Shown: positions 22,403-32,061 of the stretch, piece after piece
Position numbering within the stretch: position 1 is the stretch's first letter
Layout: each line of letters begins with the position of its first letter
From: a virus
DNA: 34,726 nucleotides
Virus record (IMG/VR): IMGVR_UViG_3300045988_054439
Strand: one strand, 5' to 3'
Program-made: the position numbers and the translations under genes
Notes under the pieces: model-generated
What the model was told of the DNA's origin: nothing
Database searches by the model: none
Seen by the model: the letters and a program-made list of their open reading frames with translations, nothing else

Positions 22403-24087
22403 TATATCGCCTCCACTTCATATACGCCCGTCAGCGTGTCCGTGACTTTGGTAATCACCATCACTTTGCCCAAAATGTTGTACGCCTTTCCGATTTTCGG
22501 GCGGTCAAGGGTGCTGAATGTGATTTTCGTGCGCCGGTTGTTTTGCTCCAACAGTTCGTCGCAGATTGCCTGCGGGTCATCTGTGCAGATATAAGTCTCA
22601 TAGCTGACCTCGCTTGCTTCGTCGTTGTCCACCAACTCGGCGCTTTTTGAAACATACTCGACCGTGGTGTCTTCGTATTTGTTTCCGATAATAACAATCT
22701 TATTGCTCGACTTATTCACAACGACGCAATAGTTTGCTTCTTTTTTGTCAAAAATCACATTGCTGCTCGGCGTTCCGGAAATCACATCGTCGCCGTCTGC
22801 ATTCTTGCCGGTCACTTCATACGCCTTTAGGTTGGCGTGCGGGCTACTAAATGTGATTTTGACCTTTTTGTTCTTGGCAATGTACCAGTGGTACAACTCC
22901 TCGGTGTCTTTGACCTGCGATAGCTTGTGCAGCTTCAGCGTGACGGACTTTACAAGATCTGTCTTGTCGTATTTTGGAGTTCCTACAATGTTTGCTTCCG
23001 TGTACTCCACCGCAGTCTCCTCCGGCTCTGTCGGAACAGGCTCTGACAACAAACAGCGGTTGTTGTCGATTCCATCTTGGCTGCTGAACCGCAAGCCGGA
23101 GCCTATCGCGATGTATTGCAGCGCCTCTCTTATGGTGCAAATCGGCAAATAACCGTCAATAGTCGGAGCGTTTGCAACATCCATTCCAACCATATTGTAT
23201 CCAAGCGGTTTAAGCAGCCGTTCAATCACAAGGCTTGCTCCTCCGCCTGTAAATCCGCCGAGCGTCTGCGCTTCAAAAATCGACACAACATTGTACGCCT
23301 GTATCGTTGTCGTGTTGTCTCCATTTTCCGCTCCCTGGTTGGCAAAAAAGCGCTCAATATTTTTTTCGCCGACGCAAAAGTCAATCGTCTGTTTGTTCTG
23401 CACGAGATAGTCACCACGCTGTGGGTCAAGCACCGTCAAATCCAGCGTGTCATACTCCAGCGATTTTGCCGTCAGCGAATACAGCTTTGACGCCGACGCG
23501 GATATAATGCTATCGTCGCCGAATTCTCGAGCAGTGCCAAACTCAATGCCCCAAATACCGATGAACGACAGCGGCTCCACCTGCTCAACCGTCAATGTAA
23601 TGCTGTTTGCATTATCTATCACGAGCGGGAAAAATTCTTCTTTTTCGCTGCCGGTAAACTGCCCCGAAGCAACCAGCGCATTGTCTTGAAACGCCTCGAT
23701 TTTTAGCGATTTAATCACATTCCGTGATTTTATCGTCAGCCCTGACATCGAACAAAAGCCTTTTAGCGATATTTCAATCTTAAACGGAGAGTTTGTCGCC
23801 CCATCAGCAAAAAGTCCGTTGCTGCCGCTCCTGTAAGCCGACACGACGCCATCCGTGAACTGCTGCGCGCTCGGGTCAAGCAAACGGACGTACTTATTCA
23901 AATCAAAACCCTGCGGCTCAAAGGACAGGAAGTCCTGGGAGCGGCCAGTAAACACAGCTTGCAGGTTTCCGCTGTTGTCGTTAAAGAAAGGCTGCAAAGT
24001 CACATCCGGTATCTCAAATGTTGCCCCATTAGCGGCGCTTGCTGAGAAGTCTGAATACTTAAAATAGCCGTATTTGTTCTCACTCAT
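22402..24087 (-). CDS. Tail tip / Tal-like structural protein
   Basis: 561 aa, assigned by its position after the tape measure and the small distal tail protein. Confidence 0.55.
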   Translation of the reverse strand: MSENKYGYFKYSDFSASAANGATFEIPDVTLQPFFNDNSGNLQAVFTGRSQDFLSFEPQGFDLNKYVRLLDPSAQQFTDGVVSAYRSGSNGLFADGATNSPFKIEISLKGFCSMSGLTIKSRNVIKSLKIEAFQDNALVASGQFTGSEKEEFFPLVIDNANSITLTVEQVEPLSFIGIWGIEFGTAREFGDDSIISASASKLYSLTAKSLEYDTLDLTVLDPQRGDYLVQNKQTIDFCVGEKNIERFFANQGAENGDNTTTIQAYNVVSIFEAQTLGGFTGGGASLVIERLLKPLGYNMVGMDVANAPTIDGYLPICTIREALQYIAIGSGLRFSSQDGIDNNRCLLSEPVPTEPEETAVEYTEANIVGTPKYDKTDLVKSVTLKLHKLSQVKDTEELYHWYIAKNKKVKITFSSPHANLKAYEVTGKNADGDDVISGTPSSNVIFDKKEANYCVVVNKSSNKIVIIGNKYEDTTVEYVSKSAELVDNDEASEVSYETYICTDDPQAICDELLEQNNRRTKITFSTLDRPKIGKAYNILGKVMVITKVTDTLTGVYEVEAI

Positions 24088-24448
24088 CGCAAGTCACCCT
24101 TTCAAATGTGACGGACAGCGCCGTGCTGTAATATGTGCCGTCGTAAAGCACGCCCTTAATGTCGTCGCCGGTCACTGTGACGGAATACTCTCCGGTGTTT
24201 GTCCCGGTGTTGCTGTCCGGCACTTCCAGCAAGACGCTGTCTGCTGTCATTAGCAGCGTTTTAAGTGCGTCGTACGCCGCAAAATCGTTGTTAAAAAAGG
24301 TCACATCGTAGTTTGTGCGCTTGCCCTTAATGTCCCGGTGGCGACGGCCGTCCATCGTGACGACATCGTAATAATATTCATACACCACCGACGGCTTGAT
24401 CGTTCCCACATTCTCATAAGTGACGCCGTTGATTTTAATTGCAATCAT
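24080..24448 (-). CDS. Small distal tail protein
   Basis: 122 aa, immediately after the tape measure gene. Confidence 0.5.
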   Translation of the reverse strand: MIAIKINGVTYENVGTIKPSVVYEYYYDVVTMDGRRHRDIKGKRTNYDVTFFNNDFAAYDALKTLLMTADSVLLEVPDSNTGTNTGEYSVTVTGDDIKGVLYDGTYYSTALSVTFERVTCDE

Positions 24449-24450
24449 TA

Positions 24451-26376
24451 TCAGCCTACCTCCTTCGCTACAACTTTAAGAACCGGCAGCAGAGCCCTGG
24501 CAAGTGCGTTCAAGCTGGCGTTCGGGTCAATGCCAAGCGTTACATTGACATTGCCGGCACCGCCAACGCCACCAGCGCCGGAGCCTTTAATGTTGTATCC
24601 CGCGCTGATTGTTTGCTCGCCAAAATCAAACGATTTCTGTATCTGCGACAACACAAGCCATTCATTCTCTTTAATGCCTTTTGCAAACAGCTTCATCATA
24701 TCCGGCGCATAAGTGTGAAAGTTTGACAGCGGGCCTTTTTTCGGCTCGGAGAAGCCCAAAATATCGCGGACTTTCTGCGCCGTGTTGCTTACTGTGCTCA
24801 CAAGATTGCCCCACATTTCTTTAATGCCCGACACGAAATTGTCGATCATGTCTCGACCCCAATCGCGGGCACCATCAATGGCTGCGCTAAATCCGTCACC
24901 GACTTCGTGTATAATGTCGCTGCCTATCCGAAACAGAGAAGATATAGACCCAGCGACGCCTCTTACGACCGACATTATAATTTGCGGCGCCGCCTTTACA
25001 ATCTTTGGCAGTGCTGCGACCAATCCTTGGGCAACGCTAACGATAATCGTTATGCCCATTTGCAGGATCTTTGGCAACATTGCATTCAGCGCAGTGATTA
25101 AATTTCCAATAATGACCGGAGCCTGCTGCAAGAGAACCGGCAACGCATTAATCAATCCGGTTGCCAGCGCTGTGATCAGCGTAACAGCAGCGTTCAGCAA
25201 GTTGTTCAGAGTTTCGGGGTCTGTCAGCATTGTTACAATCTGCAAAACGACATTGACTATCGTCGGCACGAGTTCCGGCAGCGCTTGGGCAATTCCGAGA
25301 GCCAGCTGCGTGATGATGTTCAGCCCCATCTCCAAGATGGTCGGCAGCATTTCAACAAGTCCGGTTGCGAGAGTTGTTACAACACTTACCACTGCCGGAA
25401 GTAGTGCAGGCAAAGATTGATTTATTCCATCAACCAATGACTGGATGATACCGAGAGCGGCTTCACCCAGCGACGGCAACACTTCCGTTATCAGTTCCGG
25501 GAGTTTTTCGGAAATCACAGGCGCCAGCTTCTCGATCAGCGAACCGACACCCTCAAGCGCTTGCTGCACTCGCGGCAGAATGTTGTTTGCTGCGGTTGCA
25601 ACACTGTCAACAAACTGATTTACGAGACCCTGGAAGTCCTGGTCGTCGTCCGCCATTCCGGTGAGCAGATTTTGCCACGCCGCCTTGGCTGAGTTTACAG
25701 AGCCCTCAATTGTAGTCGCTGCCTCGCGCTGTGTCGTACCAGTGATGTCCATTTCCGTTTGGATAACATGTATTGCGTCGACGACATCGGAATAGCTCGA
25801 CAAGTCGTATTTTACTCCGGATATTTTTTCCGCGTCCTGCAGTAGCCGAGCCATTTCCTCTTTGGTACCGCCGTAGCCCAGCTTAAGGTTGTCGAGCATG
25901 GTATAGTTTTGTTTCGCAAAACCTTTGTATGCGTTCTCTACATCCACCATGTTCGAGCCCATTTTGTTGGCATTATCCGACATATCGGTAATTGCCATGT
26001 TTGCTTTTTCTGCCGCCTTGTCGGTGTCGCCACCAACGGACTGTAAAAGCGAAGCCGAGAAGCTCGTCACCGTCTCCATATACTGGTTGGCAGACAGACC
26101 GGCAGTCTTATACGCGTTTGCGGCGTACGCCTGCACCTTTTGCGACGACTTCTTGAACAGTGTGTCGACACCGCCGACAAGCTGCTCATAATTCGCATAG
26201 GCTTCTGTCGACTGCTTCACGAGTGCTCCGGCGGCAGTCGCTGCGGCAGTAACGGCAGCGCCAGCAACCTTGGCAGCCTTTCCAAGTCCGCTTTTAATCT
26301 TGTCACCGACAGCGCCGACCTTGTCACTTGCCTGGTCGTCAACTCCGATTTTGACGAATAATTCAAATAAATTCAT
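24451..26376 (-). CDS. Tape measure protein
   Basis: 641 aa. Ala/Leu/Gly-rich with repeated helical segments, lying after the G/GT chaperone pair. Confidence 0.85.
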   Translation of the reverse strand: MNLFELFVKIGVDDQASDKVGAVGDKIKSGLGKAAKVAGAAVTAAATAAGALVKQSTEAYANYEQLVGGVDTLFKKSSQKVQAYAANAYKTAGLSANQYMETVTSFSASLLQSVGGDTDKAAEKANMAITDMSDNANKMGSNMVDVENAYKGFAKQNYTMLDNLKLGYGGTKEEMARLLQDAEKISGVKYDLSSYSDVVDAIHVIQTEMDITGTTQREAATTIEGSVNSAKAAWQNLLTGMADDDQDFQGLVNQFVDSVATAANNILPRVQQALEGVGSLIEKLAPVISEKLPELITEVLPSLGEAALGIIQSLVDGINQSLPALLPAVVSVVTTLATGLVEMLPTILEMGLNIITQLALGIAQALPELVPTIVNVVLQIVTMLTDPETLNNLLNAAVTLITALATGLINALPVLLQQAPVIIGNLITALNAMLPKILQMGITIIVSVAQGLVAALPKIVKAAPQIIMSVVRGVAGSISSLFRIGSDIIHEVGDGFSAAIDGARDWGRDMIDNFVSGIKEMWGNLVSTVSNTAQKVRDILGFSEPKKGPLSNFHTYAPDMMKLFAKGIKENEWLVLSQIQKSFDFGEQTISAGYNIKGSGAGGVGGAGNVNVTLGIDPNASLNALARALLPVLKVVAKEVG

Positions 26377-27034
26377 CAGTCGTTATTCCTTTCTTCGGCC
26401 GCGTCTTTCAACTTGCCGAGAATTTGTTGTTTTACCTGTTCAGGTGTGCGTGTCTCCGGCGGTGGCGGATTGATAATGTCCAAATACGATTTGGTCAAAT
26501 AAGAACCGCCAGCCGACTTGGCCGTGTTTTCAGTCAAGATTTTTGCGCAATTAGTCACATAAATACGAAAGGCCAGTTCTTCGGACTGCCGCTCGATAAG
26601 TAACGGCAGAGCGAGAACCAGCCCTTGTACTGTCAGTCTTGGCGCGTCAATTAACGCCCTTGTTACGCTTTTTCCGTGGACACGCACGACTTGAAAAAAT
26701 CAATCAAGTCTTTATCCTGTGCCATCTCTTTAATGGCGGTCATTGTCTTAATGATTTTCTGCTGCCGCACCTGCTCGAGCGTCAGCCCATTCACAGCTGC
26801 GACAATGCCGAACACATCGTCTTTGTGCTTTTTCAGCAGAAGCGGGACAAGTTCGGCGATTTTTTCGCTTGCAACGGCGATCATCTCCGCTTTGGTACTG
26901 TCGCCGTCCGTGCCCTCCAACTGCATACGCAGAGAAGCAAGCAGCTCCTTATCGCTTAAGATATTCAGCGCATAAATGCTGACTTCGCAAAGGACATCCG
27001 CTGCCCGCTCCGTCGTTAGTTCTGAAATTTTCAT
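26376..27034 (-). CDS. Tail assembly chaperone GT fusion, made by a -1 frameshift at 26699-26693
   Basis: The zero frame ends at TAA 26665-26663. The -1 frame stays open from the slip site to 26376 (QVVRVHGKSVTRAL...). Confidence 0.65.
26663..27034 (-). CDS. Tail assembly chaperone (gpG-like)
   Basis: 123 aa, between the major tail protein and the tape measure gene. Confidence 0.75.
   Translation of the reverse strand: MKISELTTERAADVLCEVSIYALNILSDKELLASLRMQLEGTDGDSTKAEMIAVASEKIAELVPLLLKKHKDDVFGIVAAVNGLTLEQVRQQKIIKTMTAIKEMAQDKDLIDFFKSCVSTEKA
26693..26699 (-). other. Slippery heptamer T_TTT_TTC for a programmed -1 frameshift
   Basis: Minus strand GA-T TTT TTC-AAG with zero-frame codons GAT TTT TTC, 9 codons before the G stop. 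Confidence 0.65.
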
Positions 27035-27062
27035 ATCATTTTACCTCCTGTTGAAAAAGTCC

Positions 27063-27665
27063 TTATTTGCTGGCCACAGCAGCCTTGCCCTGCGCAGCCT
27101 TGCTGGCAGCGGTTGAGTAGAATACCATCGGCACGGTCTTTTGGTCAGTGATAGACACATGGCCGGTCAACTCCACAGAGATCTGCCCCTTGCCGTTCTT
27201 GGTGGTCTGCAAAGAAAAGCCGCCAGTGGACAATGCGTTCTTAAGCTGGATAGCAACCAAGCCGCCGTCGGCCTTATCACCAACCCACCAAAGGTCTGAA
27301 AAATCCGCCTGTGCAATATCTGCCCGGGGCGTGATCTTTGTTGTGTCAACCTTGTCAACATCAGCAGAACCAAGCGCAAGTCGGATTGCCTCCGGACTTG
27401 TACCCAAAGCGGTGAAAGCCAACTTACACTCCCAGCTGTCAAGGTGCTTCAACTCTTTCATACCGTTGGGACAGTTGTCCACATCCTCACCGAAGTCGGA
27501 ATAAGTCGGAACGCAAGTTGCGTTGATACCGCCGGTGGTGGCGCAAATAATATCCTCATCCGCCGGTTCCGTCGTGGTGCCGGGGGTGAAATTCTTTAGC
27601 AGAACGCCTGCGTCAAGCTGCAGGTCGTCGAAAGTGCTCTCGGGAATAACTGCAAATTTACCCAT
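27063..27665 (-). CDS. Major tail protein
   Basis: 200 aa, assigned by position and a phi13-type pattern (MGKFAVIPESTFDDLQLDAGVLLKNF). Confidence 0.75.
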   Translation of the reverse strand: MGKFAVIPESTFDDLQLDAGVLLKNFTPGTTTEPADEDIICATTGGINATCVPTYSDFGEDVDNCPNGMKELKHLDSWECKLAFTALGTSPEAIRLALGSADVDKVDTTKITPRADIAQADFSDLWWVGDKADGGLVAIQLKNALSTGGFSLQTTKNGKGQISVELTGHVSITDQKTVPMVFYSTAASKAAQGKAAVASK

Positions 27666-27680
27666 TTCAAAAATCCTTTC

Positions 27681-28064
27681 TTAATTTTTCGTTAGATATT
27701 CGGCGGTGACATTGATTATCTTCCGCCGGATTTGGTCATCGTCCGGGTCGGACATATTCTGTGCAAACGGCGTTCCCCGCTTTAGCCATATATAGCCATC
27801 AGCGGCGGGAATAACCAACCCATCAAAGCCCAGTGTCTCGCTTATCTTTTCAGCCATCGCATTGCACGGCTTCCAGGTCGTTCCCCTGTACCACAGCGAA
27901 ACGGAAATGCTGGTGTCGCCGCTTCCGTCAGCGTGGAAACTGTCCGTCACAAGCGCATAAGTTAGATACGGCAGCGCTGCTCCCTGCGGCACTGTTGTTT
28001 CCTCATACGCCGGCAGAAAGCGCTCAAAAAACGCTTGCACTGCTGCCGCTTTGGTCTGCGCCAT
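27681..28064 (-). CDS. Tail terminator / tail completion protein (DUF3168-like)
   Basis: 127 aa, directly upstream of the major tail protein. Confidence 0.55.
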   Translation of the reverse strand: MAQTKAAAVQAFFERFLPAYEETTVPQGAALPYLTYALVTDSFHADGSGDTSISVSLWYRGTTWKPCNAMAEKISETLGFDGLVIPAADGYIWLKRGTPFAQNMSDPDDDQIRRKIINVTAEYLTKN

Positions 28065-28308
28065 TTGCTTTGCCCTCCCTTTGAACCTACTACAAAACTA
28101 CAAAAACTACAACAAAACAAGGTTCTGTATTTAATATATTTCAATATATTAACCACTCTTTATATTACTCTCTAAAACTTTGTAGTGTTTGTAGTGAGTA
28201 TATAATAAGTACCTTGTTTTTGGCTTAACGGCGCCGTTTTTTGTGGACTACAAAATGCCACTACAACGCCGTCTACAAGTCTACATTCTCGCCCGCTGAC
28301 GGCTTATT
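28065..28308. repeat. Non-coding module M2, paralogous to M1. Carries 9 CTACA(A)/TGTAG motifs in the same order and orientation around an AT-rich core.
   Basis: Motif copies at 28090, 28098, 28107, 28181, 28190, 28248, 28261, 28273 and 28281. Shares the blocks TGTAGTGTTTGTAGTG, AGTATATA, TTTTTGGCT and GGACTACAAA with M1. Confidence 0.85.
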
Positions 28309-28665
28309 TTAACCGCCAATGCTGGGCGTGAATTCCTCCGCCGTGACCTGGAACACCTGGAAACTGGCGGATTTCGGCGTCATCTTGTCGTCGCCGTCGG
28401 AAGTCACACGGAACACCTTGCCGTCGGATAGTCGCTTGAATACATCATAATACTCAATGCGTGTTCCGAGCGGTACAGTGACAGTGTACAGACTTGTAAC
28501 GCCTGCCTTTTCCGCCGTGCGGGCTTCCATCGAGCTGTCGAAGGTAATTGCCGCCTTGAACGGCGCACCCTCCACCCAGCTGGTGGTATATCCGCCCTCT
28601 CCGTCCGGTATGTCTGTTTTTCGCATAAAGACGCAATCTGTCATTGCCTGCGCCAAAAGACTCAT
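28309..28665 (-). CDS. Head closure / head-tail adaptor protein
   Basis: Start at MSLLAQ (ATGA overlap, SD GGAGGA). SPP1 gp16-like in size and position. Confidence 0.55.
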   Translation of the reverse strand: MSLLAQAMTDCVFMRKTDIPDGEGGYTTSWVEGAPFKAAITFDSSMEARTAEKAGVTSLYTVTVPLGTRIEYYDVFKRLSDGKVFRVTSDGDDKMTPKSASFQVFQVTAEEFTPSIGG

Positions 28666-29087
28666 TGTAGCTTCCTCCATTCGTTTAGGCGGGCGCGAAA
28701 GACAGTAGGCCAGTCAAGCGCAGCGCCGTTTGCGTCAGTTCCTCGGCTATAAGAATAACCGCCGAAACTTTCGCTCACAAACGCGCCGGGCTTGCCCGCC
28801 TCACTCTCGCAAAACGCCTTGATTTCCCTTGATAAGTCCACCAGTTTAGGAGGTATCGCCAGTGCCCATATCGCCCCGCTGAAAGTCTCGTCAGTCAAAT
28901 CCAAGTCGGCCTTCGCATACCTATGAACGCCATCATTGAAGACGCTCCCCACGATGCGGAAGTATTGCCCTTCCTGCAAAAAGTCCAGCGGCGTGATTTT
29001 GCCGCCTTCAATTTTGTACTCCCCCTTGTGTATGCCGTCCAGCACCAAGAAGTAGTTGTGCAACTTTGCACAAATCTCTGTCAGCAT
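28662..29087 (-). CDS. Head-tail connector protein
   Basis: 141 aa, first gene after the capsid gene. Confidence 0.5.
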   Translation of the reverse strand: MLTEICAKLHNYFLVLDGIHKGEYKIEGGKITPLDFLQEGQYFRIVGSVFNDGVHRYAKADLDLTDETFSGAIWALAIPPKLVDLSREIKAFCESEAGKPGAFVSESFGGYSYSRGTDANGAALDWPTVFRARLNEWRKLQ

Positions 29088-29136
29088 AAGTCACGCCGCC
29101 TTCCTTGTCTTAGGTCTTAATTTGATTTTGCTCCGC

Positions 29137-29994
29137 TTAGAATGTGCACTTCAGGCCTGCCAGACGCTTAGCGTCAACAACCTTTGCACCGTACACATGC
29201 AGACCCTTCACAGCGTCAGCAAAACGCTTCTCGGGACGATAAGCCTCAGTGCTCACGATCTGCTCGGCATAGGTGCATGCGCCCTCGTCGCCAGCGGTTA
29301 CGGTGAAAGTAGTGGTGCCGGTTGCTGTCTTGCTTGCGCAGTTGTTAGACATATAGATGTCAAAGCCAGCAGCACGAGCAACAACACCGTTCTGCAGTAC
29401 ATCCTCAGCCATAGAACCGCCGGTCTTAACAAAGCGGTCGTCCTGCAAGATGAGAGCGATCATCTCGGGAGGTGCTACCAGCCAACGGCCTACGGTCGGC
29501 ACATTAGCCTTATCAAGCAGCAGCTTCATTTTTACGACATTCTCGTAAACATTTGCAGCGGTCAGTGCCACAGCGTCGGTAGCAACAAGGTTGCCATTGC
29601 CTGCGGTGATAGCGTCGGCCAGCTGCTTAGCCAGGTAAGTGTCAGCGGCGTCGTTTAAGCCATAAGCTGCACGCTGCATTGCCTTATCCATCACATCACC
29701 GGCAGCCTGGGCAGCGTCCACATCGTCAACTTGGAAGTTGAAATACTTGGCCTGGTCAATTGTTAGCGTTTGCTCGGTGGTAGCCAGCGTTTCCGGGCCA
29801 CTTGTGAAATCGGTGTTCTTGGTGTAGTCACCAATGGTCACAGCACCAATGGTGTTGATTTTAACGGTATCGCCCTGCTGCTTGATGTCGCCCTCGTAGT
29901 CACGATTGACCACATTAGCGAACACATGCGCCTTGTCCAGCGCGTTCAGCAGCCGTGCGTCCCAAATTTGAGGGATAAAAGAAGAAATAGCCAT
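29137..29994 (-). CDS. Major capsid protein (HK97 fold)
   Basis: 285 aa with N-terminus MAISSFIPQIWDARLL, lying after the scaffold gene. Confidence 0.8.
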   Translation of the reverse strand: MAISSFIPQIWDARLLNALDKAHVFANVVNRDYEGDIKQQGDTVKINTIGAVTIGDYTKNTDFTSGPETLATTEQTLTIDQAKYFNFQVDDVDAAQAAGDVMDKAMQRAAYGLNDAADTYLAKQLADAITAGNGNLVATDAVALTAANVYENVVKMKLLLDKANVPTVGRWLVAPPEMIALILQDDRFVKTGGSMAEDVLQNGVVARAAGFDIYMSNNCASKTATGTTTFTVTAGDEGACTYAEQIVSTEAYRPEKRFADAVKGLHVYGAKVVDAKRLAGLKCTF

Positions 29995-30016
29995 CTTTTT
30001 TTGCTCCTTTTTCAGT

Positions 30017-30628
30017 TTAGTTTGTCGATTTCAACGACTGTTTGATATTTTCCCAATTGGCATTGATCTCGGCAGCGGACATTTTTTTCATATCATCAGC
30101 AGAAAAAACAGTCTTGTTTTGCGTATTACCGGGCGGCGTTGAAGTGTTAGCACCTCTCTGTCCCTCGGACACAATAAAGTCAGCCCATTCGGTCTTGACG
30201 GATTCTGTCAGCTTGTCAGCGCCCTTGATTTCGCCTTTTGCGTCGAGTTCGATACTGTCAATGTCCGACACCTTCAAAACGCTGTCAATTCGTTTTTCGG
30301 AAACTCCTGCGGCCTGTAACATTTTACGGTAAGCCGTCGCCTTTGCCGTGTGTGCTTCCTTAACGCTTGCGGCTTGTTTGAAATCGTCGAACTCTTGCTT
30401 AAGATCGTCGTACTGCTTTTTGTAGCCATCGCTGTCCCCGGCTGCTTCAAGTTGCTTTTTCGTTTCGTCCAATTCCTTTTGGACACCTGCCAATTCCTGC
30501 GCCTTGCCTTTCAAAGTGTCCCGCTCTTCTTTCAGTGCGTCCACCGTGTCGGCGTGTGCTTCGATGATTTGGTCGATTTGTTCCTCGCCAATGCCCATTG
30601 CTTTGAGCATTTTACGTGTCAATGCCAT
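30017..30628 (-). CDS. Scaffolding protein (GP20-like)
   Basis: 203 aa, a charged coiled coil, directly upstream of the capsid gene. Confidence 0.7.
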   Translation of the reverse strand: MALTRKMLKAMGIGEEQIDQIIEAHADTVDALKEERDTLKGKAQELAGVQKELDETKKQLEAAGDSDGYKKQYDDLKQEFDDFKQAASVKEAHTAKATAYRKMLQAAGVSEKRIDSVLKVSDIDSIELDAKGEIKGADKLTESVKTEWADFIVSEGQRGANTSTPPGNTQNKTVFSADDMKKMSAAEINANWENIKQSLKSTN

Positions 30629-30688
30629 AGAACCTGTCTCCTTTTCCTCGGCGGCTATTCTTTGCCGTTAGATTTTGTTCTTGCTTTA

Positions 30689-30717
30689 ATTATACAGCAA
30701 GCATATTTTTTTGTCAA
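30689..30717 (-). promoter_or_regulatory. Perfect-consensus sigma-70 promoter in front of the scaffold and capsid genes
   Basis: Minus strand TTGACA (30717-30712), a 17-nt spacer, then TATAAT (30694-30689). Confidence 0.7.
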
Positions 30718-30739
30718 TGATTATACCAAAAGTTAATAA

Positions 30740-31072
30740 TTAAGCGTTGCGCAGGCTGTCTTCCAATATCTTCTTGTACTCTTCCGTATTTTGAGTTGCA
30801 GCATTCCGCAAATAATGAGCAGCCGCCATTTTTCGTGTGCCCTCCTCGACATATAGAGCATAATCAACATTTGTGCCAATATATGCCGCCTTGTTCGTTG
30901 TGGCGTGTGAAATACTATTCATAAGTCGCCCGGTATCAACTCGGGGAAAGTCCCGCACATTCGTCTTTGCGTGTGTTTCCGCCGACGCTCCAACAGCTTC
31001 AAGCCCTCGCTCGATAGCATTTTGTAGTGCTCTTTCAAATTCTTCCGTGTTGTCTTTGACTGTTACGCTCAT
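30740..31072 (-). CDS. HK97 gp10-family protein
   Basis: DTGRLMNSI ... YALYVEEGT motifs. 110 aa. Confidence 0.65.
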   Translation of the reverse strand: MSVTVKDNTEEFERALQNAIERGLEAVGASAETHAKTNVRDFPRVDTGRLMNSISHATTNKAAYIGTNVDYALYVEEGTRKMAAAHYLRNAATQNTEEYKKILEDSLRNA

Positions 31073-31998
31073 CTCTTGCTCACCTCACTAAGCGGTTTGA
31101 AACCAGCTATCTTGTAACCAAGGCTACAGCGGCAGTTGTATGTGTTCGCCGGGTCTGCCGCCGGGTCGCCCGGGTACATTATTGAGCCAATAGAATTAAC
31201 GAACGGCTTATCCTGCGGCACGGACTTCATATCCAACTCGGCGTGCCAGTCTCTTGTCCTTGCGTCGTGCGCAGCAATCCACATTTTGTCGACCACAACG
31301 CCTTTTGCTTCCATCTCGTCGAGCATATCCATACGCCCTTTGTTCTCTGCGCCGGTGACAGCTGTTCGCGCAGTCCTGACAGCAGCGTGCATATTCATTT
31401 GCTGCACCTTGGCAATGCGGTTTGCGATCTTCGGTATGCTCTCGCCCTGTAAAATTCCTTGCAGAACCTCGGAATTTATCTTTTTCATATTCCACCGGAC
31501 ATCCTTGGCTTTGTTCAACTTCCGCAGCGGCAGCAGTGAGCGGTCACCACGCAAGATCAAATTCTCGACAGTGTGAGCGTCCACCAGCGAAAAGGAAAAG
31601 CCCCGCAGTTCTCGCTTGGCTGCTTTCCCTATCGCATTGTAATTCAAAGCATAGACTTCCGGCAGCCTGCCGTTGGTGTACTCCAGCGCAATCTCATTGA
31701 CCCGGCTCAAATTCTGGGCAGTCTGTTCCGCAATGCTCTTGAACCGGTCATTTTGCACAGTCGCTTCACGCTTGGCGAACGCCAACTCACGGCCGGCCTT
31801 TTTGATCTCAGCCTTGTCGCCCGCCGCTTTGGCAGCTTCGTACTTTTCTTGTAGACCCGCCAGCTTTGGCTCGGTTTCCGCCATATAAGTGTCCCAGGCC
31901 TGCCGCACTTCGTCCTGCGTTTGCCGGTATATCCGCCGAATGCGGCGCTCCAGCGAAAGCAATAACTTGTCTGTTTCTCTGTGTGCCTTATCTGCCAA
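31069..31998 (-). CDS. Head morphogenesis protein (SPP1 gp7 / Mu F family)
   Basis: C-terminal TRDWHAELDMKSVP...PANTYNCRCSL. Confidence 0.85.
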   Translation of the reverse strand: MADKAHRETDKLLLSLERRIRRIYRQTQDEVRQAWDTYMAETEPKLAGLQEKYEAAKAAGDKAEIKKAGRELAFAKREATVQNDRFKSIAEQTAQNLSRVNEIALEYTNGRLPEVYALNYNAIGKAAKRELRGFSFSLVDAHTVENLILRGDRSLLPLRKLNKAKDVRWNMKKINSEVLQGILQGESIPKIANRIAKVQQMNMHAAVRTARTAVTGAENKGRMDMLDEMEAKGVVVDKMWIAAHDARTRDWHAELDMKSVPQDKPFVNSIGSIMYPGDPAADPANTYNCRCSLGYKIAGFKPLSEVSKR

Positions 31999-32061
31999 CG
32001 CTGAAGCCCCCTTCTTTTCTCTTTGGCGTTTTTGTGTTTATATCCGCTGAACGATTTGCAT

